Below, piece after piece: positions 54,338 to 64,000 of a stretch of 64,000 bases of DNA. The DNA comes from Cycas panzhihuaensis (lineage: Eukaryota; Plantae; Cycadophyta). Below the pieces are notes generated by a model, which saw only the letters and a list, made by a program, of their open reading frames with translations, searched no databases and had not been told where the DNA came from. Made by a program: the position numbers and the translations under genes. The stretch is taken from NCBI GenBank assembly GCA_023213395.1, contig CM041465.1, positions 56,737,741 through 56,801,740 on the forward strand, written 5' to 3'. The first letter of the stretch is position 1, and each line of letters opens with the position of its first letter.

Positions 54338-54980
54338 GAGCCTAAAAAACTTGAGAATATGAAAGGTAGAAAAATTTTCCTAGAAAAAAATTTCTTTTAG
54401 GCCTGAAAGTATAGTTTCATATGGATGTATGGTCATGCAGAAACGTATGACCAAAAATTGAAATGGATCTCAAATGAAAGGTATTTGAGTTGTCTATTGG
54501 ATTCTGTAGTTAGTTTTTTGATTTGGCTATTTTGATTTGCAGATATTAGAGTTTAAAAGAATTTCAGTGACTAGGGTTTCAAAGCTATTTTTATGCATTT
54601 AAAAAAAATATAGAATTTAATACATCAAATCTATACTGAAAAGATAGATTTGTTTAATATGAATATCTTAAGACCAGTTTGAAATGATCTGCCTGACATT
54701 TTAAAGAGAAATCTGCATTTGTAACTTTAAACATGCACCCTTCATTTTTTAGTAATTTCTCAAAATTTTAGCGAGATTCTGGCCTCGATCCTTTGGAAAA
54801 ATCTGTTGGCCATACTATTATGCACCTACTGATAAATTTTCATTGATTTATGAGCACTTTTCTATTTGTCTACACAATTCTATATGGTGTTCATACCACT
54901 GTCTGTACACTTCTACAATGGCTAAAAAGAAATTCTTTTGGGTCTTCTTTAGGCAATTAACCTTGCTCTAATACCAAAAT

Positions 54981-55342
54981 TGATATGATTATGATTATTC
55001 CTCCTTGCTTTGAGCACAAGTTTTTCCTAAGAAAGATGAATCTTTAAGCCTCAAAGTTTTCTCAAGAAGTCAAGATTTGAATAAAGCCAGAGGAAAGATA
55101 GAAAGGAATGTCTTCTCCCATTTTTTCATTGATTCCTTTAAAAGTTATACATATTTATATAAACTCAAGTTAGTTTGTATGTAAGACATATCATCTGTAT
55201 ACCTAATTAATAATTAGGTACCTTAAGTAACTTTTACAATCTTATGTATACTTAGTTGATAATTAGGTACCTTAAGTATCTTTTCACAATGTTGCTTTAG
55301 AAAAAAAGACTAAGACTATACTCACTAGCATTACACTTATCA
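54981..55342 (-). repeat. 5' LTR of nested chromovirus
   Basis: Adjacent to the Met PBS; direct repeat of 49352-49714. Confidence 0.93.
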
Positions 55343-55962
55343 ATATTGTACCCTTCCTTGTATATATGTATACAAGGACCACTCAATTCCCCAACATTCT
55401 TTTGTATGTTGGTGTACTAGTATATGGATATATATGCATGCATCCTATTATTTTTGTGTATCGATGTATGCTTTATTTTTCATGTATGTTTAAGTTGATA
55501 TTTGCTCTTGTGCATAACAACATAGCTCATACATGTATATATGGCATTATAGTTCATACACATAGCACTTAAAAACCACATGAAATAATATTACATAGTT
55601 GGCTACTAGTTTATACTCATGAAGTAGTTTCATGCCCTATTATGGGGCAAAACTTAGTCGATGGCCAGAGATGGTAGAGAGGTAGGGAATGTCATGTGGT
55701 GAGGCGTCCTCTATGGGGGTAACAAACCCACGGGAAAAAGTCGTTTAGGCTCATTTTGGAGCTAAGAGCCCACATAGGGAAGTATCCTTACCTATGGTGA
55801 AGGATGGGGTATAATGGGAGTGGCATGGTGCCTTGCCCTAGATGGGGGCACTTAGCACCATCATCAAAGGTAATTTAGGTTTATTTCATAGTAAGTTGGC
55901 AGTTTAAGCTCATATCAGAGCTTGTCGACAGTTTAGACTCATACCATAGCAAGTTGTCCCTC

Positions 55963-58900
55963 TACATTATAGGGTGAAGAGGTGAACTATAAAACCTCTT
56001 AAAGAACTACCCATTGATGGCTTTCTCAAACTTAAGGCCTTCTAATGTAGTAATCTAATACATCCCATTGCCAAGGATCTTGATAACCATAAAGGGGCCA
56101 ACCCATTTAGAGCCAGAAATAAAGAGGTGATCATATAGATATTCTAGTTTGAGGACTTGGTCCCCAAGAAGTAGGGGTCATGGTCATAGGTGTTTATTAT
56201 ACATCTTTTGGGCTTTGACCATAGATTCTAAGTTGGCTTGGTAGGCAACAATGTGTTTGCAACAATGTGTTTTTCATCTAACACTTCAAGGTCAATGAGA
56301 TGGACTTAATGACACCACTCTTTATCTACAATCTCTTTAAGAGAAACCTATAAAGATGGGATTTCTACTTTGATCTGAAAAACTACTTCTAATTTATAGA
56401 CTAAGGAGAACAGTGTCATACTCATAGCTATCAGAATGGATGTTTGATAGGCCCACAAGGCCAAGTAGTGTTAGAGGTACCAATCCTATTAGGAGTGGGC
56501 AATGATCTTCATTAAAATATTAATCAAGGCCTTGTAAAAGGCTTCGATCTATCCATTGGCCTGAGGGTAATATGGGGAAGAGGTTTTGTGAGAAATTTTA
56601 AATTTCTCATAAATCTCATCTATCTCTTTATTATAGAATGGGGTCCTGTTATCAGTGATGAGGTCATCATGGACCTTGAACCTATAAATGATATGTTGGA
56701 ACACAAAAGTGATGATCATCTTACCCATAGTGGAAGAAAGAGAGATCTCCTCAACCCACTTGGTAAAGTATTCTATGGCTGCCAGAATAAACTTATGTTA
56801 CACTGAGGAAGGAGAGGTGATGACCCTAATGAGGTCAAGACCCCATTGGGAAAATGGCCATGGCGACATAATAGTATGTAATATCTCAAAGGGCTAGTGT
56901 ATGACACTAGAATGCTCTTGGAATTTATGACATCATTATGTATAAGCATGGGCATTCTTAAAAAGGATAGGCTAATAGAATCCCATGTGAAGGATTCTTT
57001 GCGCTATAAGTTAGCCCTTAAAGTAACCATTGCATTGTTATCATGGCATTTGAGAAGGACTTGGTTGGTTTCCTTAGGATTGACACAACAAAGGAGGATG
57101 TCATCAAATGATTATTTGTATAACACATCCTCGATGAAGAAGTATTATCAAGTAGAGGCTTTCATGTATAGCTTAAGCTTCTCACTGGTGGTCATAAGGT
57201 ATTTTTGTTGAGTTAAATAATTGGCAATATCACCATACCATTTACTATTTTCCAACTTAGGCCCCTTAGTTTGTTGAAGGGAAAGGATTAGTTCCTCAGG
57301 TAGAGAGTCGTCAACTGGTGCATTTACAAAATTAGGGAGAGAGGCATAAACAAGTTACTCAGTCATGACCATGTCCTTTTTGGATTTATGGTTGGCAACC
57401 TTCAAGTTGTATTCTTAGAGGAGGATGGTTCATTTGTCTATTCTTCTTGCTAAATTAGATCATGTCATGAGCTAATATAATAGGTCTGATTGGATGATTA
57501 CATAAGTGGTGTTACCAAGTAGGTAATGCTAGAGCTTTTTGATGGCAAACACCAAAGCCAAGCACTCCTTTTCAGCTTGTGGGTAATTTACTTTGGTTGT
57601 GACGAGGGTCTGATTTATAAAATACATGGCTTTTTTGACCTTTAAATTGTCCTCTTGGGTGAGCATGATGTTGACGAATTCTTTAGTTGCTGAGGTGTAT
57701 GGGATGAAGGGCCAATCAAATTATGGTGGAGTTAATGTAGGAGCTAAGAGAAGGGCTTTCTTGAGCTCTTGGAAAGCTTCTTGGGGCTTGCAAGACCAAA
57801 TAAATGGGGTCCTCTTTTTAAGCAGGTTAGTTAGTTAACAACTTTGCATTGGTAGCAAAGCCCACTAAAAATTGCCTCAAGAAGCTTAAATGACCCAAAA
57901 ATAACTTGATTTATCATTGACTCTTAGGAGAAGGCATCTCTATTATGGCCTTGACCTTATTGGGGTTAGCTTGGATCCCTTGTTATGAAACTAGAAAACC
58001 CAATAATTTGTTGACCATAATTGTGAAGACGTATTTGAGTGGATTGAGGCTCGCATAATATTTGCTATACTTGAGGAATATCTTTCTGAGGTTGGTGGGA
58101 TGACTGGACCTCTTATGTGAAAGGCCCATTAAATAATCTATAAAAACCTCAAGAATCTTGTTAATGAGGTCATGGAAGATGAAATACATGGCTCATTCGT
58201 ATGTTACACTAATATTCTTGACACCAAAGGGCATAGCATTATAGGCAAATGTTCCCTAGGGAGTTGTGAGAGCAGTCTTGTGGTAGTCTTTAAGGGATAT
58301 CTAGATTTGATTATAACCTAAGAATTCATCCATTAATGACATGACTTCAAACCCCATGGTGTGATCAATGATTTGATTGATAAATGGGAGGGGGAAGTTA
58401 TCCTTGGGATAAGCATTATTAATATCCCTAAAATTTACACAAATCCATATGATCCCATTCCTTTTGGCCACCGGGACTATATTAGATACCCACTTAGGGT
58501 AATCTATAGAGGTGATAAGGCCAATATTATACAACTTTCAACCTTCATCTTCATCACAGTTGATAGTTTGGGGTGTAAGGGTCATTGTTTTTGTTTGATG
58601 AGCTAAGTACCTAGGATCATTATGAGGTTATAGGTGATAATGTCAAGATCGATGCTCTTCATGTTAGTATAGTCCCATACAAAAGCATCAAAAAACTCAT
58701 GAAAGAGTTCTATGTACTCCTTGACTTCCTAGGGGGAATATTTGACCCTAATCTTGATGACCTTATCAGAGGCAAGGATAATGTCCTTAGTTGCCCTGGC
58801 ACATAAATCATTCCCTTCTTCAAAATGGAGGGGGGTTTGGCTAATTGCTAAGTTAGGTAGAGCATCATGGTATTAGGGTTGGTTAAGGGTGAACCAATGG

Positions 58901-61900
58901 CCAAACACTTCTAGAAAATAACTTCTCATGTCTAGATGGTAGGTTGGGCAAAGATCCCACTAGGTGATCTAACAAGGCTTCATCATTCTCATAATAATCT
59001 ACCCTATAGATAATCTTACTTGTAGGAAGTGAGGATATAGGTGGAATAGGCAAAAACTGATAACGATCAATTACTTAGTCGATATAGTGGAGACACTCTT
59101 GAGAAGAGTTGGAATTCACTAGCATAATGGGCATACCCCTCATTGGAGATGAAGGGCTCCCTAGTGGCTCTAGGTCATAAATGATGGATTCATCATAGGA
59201 AAACACTGAATTGGAATTGTCATCAGCATTAGGAGCCAAAGGATCTTGGCTTGGGCCTTCTAATGAGTGCCCTTGGGTCGATTAACCCCTCATATATCGA
59301 CCCAAATTAATGGTATGAAGTAAAAAGGGGATAACTAATGAAGTATCTAGTATATCGACTAAGGATTCATTAGCCATACACTAGGGGATCCTCCCTTGGA
59401 ATGTAGCTTGAATGGGAGGGGGAGATGGGTATCCTTCATATGGGGCAACCAACAAGTTGGGATGTAACTAATCCAGGTGCCCGTTATAGGGGATTTGAGA
59501 TGAATGGTGAGTCATCCTAGCTTGTAAATAGGGAGACTCCCATCCTGGGGGAGATTGAGGGGATTGAGGTTGAGAGGGGCTCAAAGAATAAGGATTCAGA
59601 TTGAAAGAGAATAAGGTGTCCACTTGGGATGTCTCTCCCATGGTGACATTAAGAAAAGCTACTTAGTAGAAGGGTTCTTCATAACCCTCATCATGAGACT
59701 TCTAATCACTAAGAATAATAAGGTAACCATAGCTTCTAATGCCAATAAGGGCAAAATGTACCAAATTTAGTTAAGGGGGAGGGGGTGGTCCTCCACTTTA
59801 TAGCGTGCTTCATCTTTAAAGAAAGCTATGATAGATGGATCTAAAGGATCCTCTTAACCATTCGTACCTCCAAAGATGGCTTGGCAAGCTTGGCGTGATG
59901 ATTGAGAGGGTGGAGGCTCGCAAGCCACAAATCTAATTTATCCTTGATGGATAAATTTGAGTTGCCCTTAGCATGAAGAGTGGATTGCCCTCATCTAGTC
60001 CAACTAAGGTTAACCTAAAAGCAAATTGTAATCAACATCAATATCTAAAATGATGATGTCAACCTGGATAGTCTTATCTTCCAAGGTGAGAGGTAAGTTG
60101 ACCATCCCAAGAGGTGCCTTCTTGCTTCCATCGTACCCTTGGAATTTCTAAGGGATGAGCTTAAGAGCTTCAATGCATATCTTCTCTAGAATATACACAG
60201 GCATGACATTTATAAAAGAATTATTATCTACAATAATCCTCTTTAAGGCAAATTCTAGGGTCTCCATTATTATCATGAAGGGATAGTGCCAATACAATTG
60301 CCTCTCTTTAGTGGATGGGCGGTCATATGGGTCAAAGGAAATGAGAGATAACCCTTGTGATGAAGTACTCATAGCATGGACAGGAGCATCGTGCTATCAT
60401 AAGGCCTCCAAAAGTAGGGCTCTCTAGTCAAGGCAACTCTTTAGGACATCCATCATGGACATCCTTACAAAGATATTGTGAAGCTCTTCTATGATTGAGG
60501 TGGTCTTTCCTTTGCCTATAGGTTAGGGGATGGGATGGGTCTTCTAAAATCATAGCATCCTGGTCAAACGAGGATGGTGTTCAGAATGACCAAGATCTTT
60601 ATAGGGATGTCATCCAAAGGATGTTATTATTGTGAGGTTGAGGCTTCTATCACTTCCTTTGCAGCTTATGAGTGGGTGATGGAGCAAACTTGAGTGGTCT
60701 CAAGTAGCTAGATAATCTTCTTACCCTTATAATTGGGCCATAAGGAGGAAGGTTAAGTCATAAGACTTGAAGGTATAGATGTATTAACTAGGGCCTTACC
60801 CTTAAGTTGATCTGATGAAGGAGGGGGAGGTGTGCCCTTCTATTGAGGTGGGGGACACCCCCTAGTTCACTAGTTCTAGGGTCAAGGCACTTGATCCAAC
60901 TCCTCATGATCGGGGAATAGGTTCTGATAGATTAGTTAATCCAAAACAAGTTTGGAAGGAGCTTGAAACAGAGGGTCTCTTAGAGGAGCTAACTCAAGAT
61001 GTTGGGTCTAATACATCGAGTCATCATTAGTACACTAGCCATGGGTAATGTACCATTTCTTTTCAAGAGGGGGTCTTGTCCTCTTTCCTTATGGAGGTTG
61101 GGTGGCTTTATTTATTGGTGGTGAGGTCTAGGTGGTCTGGTGGACCTATCAATAACCTTACACTTGAGGTTAGGAGTCATTTTAGAATTGTAATAGTTGA
61201 AGCTTAAGGTCTATTTGAAGGATTAGATAGTAGAGATAAAAGGGTCCAAAGTCTTACTAGACATATTAGTATAGGACTTGGGACCAAATGGTTACTTCCT
61301 TTGGTCATGTAGGAGAGGTAGTGCCTCATGACATTATGCATTATGGTTGATCTTCTTGAGATTGGCTTGGATATTAATAGATTTTAGGGCTAAGCACTTA
61401 GTTATAGCCAAGTCACACATGATTGCTCCCATCTTGAGGACCTCAGTGTGAATTCTAAAGTACAAGGCATTTACAAAGATGTCCCTCTTTAGATCCTTAG
61501 GTAATGTGGCCTTTGAGGAGTAAAGGAGATCATGGAACTGATAGACAAAGTCTTGGTTAAGCTCATCTTGGCCTTGTTTGAGTGAAAGGAGGGCCTTACC
61601 CCTACTCTCAAATGGTCAAGCAATGTCAAAGTAGATGGTCATAGAGTCAACTAGTTGTTGAAAGGAGATAATAAAATGGGTAGGCAAATAATAAAACCAC
61701 TTGAGGGCATCCTCTTAAAGAGACCTAGGCAATAACTTTATTAAGATGTGATTGTAAGCTTAATAATCTATGCATACCATGGTAAATGCCCTAATATAAT
61801 TAGTAGGGTCTTGTGAAGAAGTGACATCAAATTTAGGTACTTTTAGAGAATGAAGAGGTAAATTTATTTGTAAAGCCTCCACAAAAAAGGGACTCAACAT

Positions 61901-63212
61901 ATAGTCAATGAAGAGGCATACCCTTGGTTGAACAAAGGGATTAATGGGAGGGTAGGTAGAGGTTGGATAAGGATATCCCACCCTAATATAATATGGATAA
62001 GGAGGTGTGTTGTAAGGGCTATGTCCCTATTGATAAGGGACATAAAGAGGCATTGGATAAGTGGTCTCTTTTGATTAATAGGAGGGAACCATTCCTGAGT
62101 GTGGGTAAGTTGATTAAGGGGATGGGTGAGGATATCTTAGCCCACCTCTTACTTGCATAACATAGGTAGGATCAATGTGGGTTGTACCCCTAAGGATAGA
62201 AGTATAAGATGGTGGTATATAAGGTGCCATCAATCTCATTTGAGAGGGGATCAAAGGAGGGGGATAATTAATTAGGTCATATGGGTGGTTTGATGCAGTA
62301 ATAGATTTTACCTAAATGGCCCTCCTAGAGGAGGGGCTACTCCATAGGGGTGGAGTAGGTCTATCCCATAAGTGGACAAGGGAATGGTGCCCTTATGTCC
62401 CCATGGTTGTGATGTATAGCCTAAGGGGATGTAAAGCAAGGGATCCCCATGCCTTGGGTGAGGTCGGATGGGTATTCTTCCCCCTTTTCATGAGTATTGG
62501 GGGCATAGAGGAATGGTGGTATAGAGTAGTAGAACCAAGGCTATACTTAGTTGAGGGATGGAGGTTTAGAATGATGACACACTCATCATAGCCTAGAATT
62601 GAGCTTGCATGACTTGTGAGACCTCTTCATTTGGCAAAGCACTCATAAAAATAGGCACTGATGTAGCTTCTTAAAGAGGAAGAGTAGTTGTTTGGATGGA
62701 AGTGGGAGGCAAAATCATAGTGGAAGTGGTTATGGTACTAAAAAGTAATTGGTGTGCCTATCTTAGGGAGGTTTGACTGGCTACTACCTTAAAATAGGCC
62801 CTCAACGCCTCCATCACATCCCTTAGTTGGGTATGAATTTGGTCGAAAGGGGAGATGTGCCCCCCTTGTTGACTAGAATAAACTAGAAAAGGTGAAAGAA
62901 CCTGCTTAAGATATTGAACAAGGTCTTGAGGTCGATGACCCTTAATAATGTGAGTATGGGGGCCATCGGGTTATGATAAGCTTTAATTAGATCATAGGTG
63001 TAGTAAGACAAATCCCCACTAGTGTGGGTAGGATCTTCATATAGGTAAGGGGCCTCATGAGGAGACCAATCTTGGGTATACAAATCGTATGCCCAATCAA
63101 ATGGATAACCCTCCATGTATGACTCTAGTGATTCAACACAACTAGAACATAAGTTAGTTTTGGATCCAAGGGAGGAAGGCCATGCAAGTAATGAGAGAAG
63201 TATTGCATTCAT
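55963..63212 (-). pseudogene. pol: Tat-C gag-pol: leader/Pro-rich region (~62000-63212), gag (~61300-61980), PR (~59950-60370), RT (~57800-58700), RH (~57400-57700), INT (~55963-57250)
   Basis: LKVPKFDVTSSQDPTNYIRAF, ALKRIIVDNNSFINVMP, KWVSNIVPVAK...WICVNFRDINNAYPKDNFPLPFI, NYPQAEKECLALV, HGHFPNGVLT (frameshifted WPFSQWG) and FEKAING. Confidence 0.9.
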
Positions 63213-63378
63213 AGGCTAAAGGTCTTGCTTAGATAAAAAAAGATAAGGAACAAAGACACCCTATACAAAACTCAAGATTCACAAATGAGGGAAATAAATG
63301 CCTAAAGTTTCAAAAGGTGCTTCCTACCAGTGACTCTCTAGTATAGTTATCAATGAAATGCTACAAAAGGTTCTTTAT

Positions 63379-64000
63379 TGTCTACATGATAGGCCTAAGG
63401 TATATGGTTTTAGCAGAAATATGCAAGTCCCACATATAAATGCCCATGAGTTACGTGAATACAGGTTTCAAAGGAATTATATGGATGGTATTTTAGAAGA
63501 AAACTAAACTAAGGGAATGAGTGGTTGTATATGCATATGGGGGAGTGAATGAGTTGGTCCCCTAAATCAAACCTATAGTTGTCTATAGGAAAAACAGATC
63601 ATACACCTAACATGCAACTATATGTTATTTAGTTTTTTATGAAAACACTCCACCCTAAGAAATGCTACAATTTTCTCTTATAGATTTGGGACTAGCAACA
63701 AGTGATCCCTCCTCATGTCTTAGGTATTGTGATAAACAATATGCATATACTAATTCCTACTCCTAAAATGGATACGATGCAAGGTATTTAGAATGTAAAA
63801 GAATGACTAATAAAAGAAAGAAAGTGAAAAAAAAAAAAAAACATTATTTCTATTTTGTTTTTCTTCTTTTTTTTTTTTTTTTTTGTGGAAAGAGAAACAA
63901 AAGGGAGAAAAGGGGGAATGGAGAGCGAATAAATAAGCAAAGCTACTTTTCTTTTCTACCCTTTTCCTTTTTATAAATAAAATGAATCAATGCATCCCCT
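63379..64000 (-). repeat. Tat-C 5' LTR (inner part; continues beyond window)
   Basis: Colinear with 42990-43590, e.g. GGAATTATATGGATGGT, GTTGGTCCCCTAAA and CTAATTCCTACTCCTAAAATGGAT. Confidence 0.85.

Larger units (their letters stand above)
49352..55342 (-). mobile_element. Chromovirus-type Ty3/Gypsy element, structurally complete but degenerate, nested in Tat-C
   Basis: LTRs at 49352-49714 and 54981-55342 (TG...CA), perfect TSD ATATT (49347-49351 / 55343-55347), PBS TGGTATTAGAGC (54965-54976, -) and PPT AAGTAGGGAGGAAA (49715-49728, -). Confidence 0.95.

Noticed and set aside
63300-63378. Primer-binding site of Tat-C
   Set aside because: No recognisable TGG-initiated tRNA complement next to the inferred LTR end; it is too decayed to call.

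Overview
A plant-type, repeat-dense 64 kb window with no intact host gene. It consists almost entirely of nested, mutationally decayed LTR retrotransposons. These are three copies of one Tat-like (non-chromovirus Ty3/Gypsy) lineage: Tat-A 2089-11379 +, Tat-B 11380-22535 + and Tat-C 42990-64000 -. There is also a fourth related LTR end (1-445 -), two chromovirus-type Gypsy elements, two Ty1/Copia elements, further Gypsy gag/protease relics and a possible hAT relic. The most interesting signal is an accessory cassette between pol and the 3' LTR in all three Tat copies. It holds an antisense three-exon Plant Mobile Domain (PMD)-like gene with phase-conserved introns, arranged head-to-head with a free-standing ~140-codon archaeal-type RNase H gene. 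The cassette also carries conserved palindromic cis-motifs, including a 20-bp-periodic CGCGGTACCGCG-derived array found in both the PMD gene's first intron and the LTR. All calls come from reading and aligning by eye. No database searches were run, and some boundaries are approximate.
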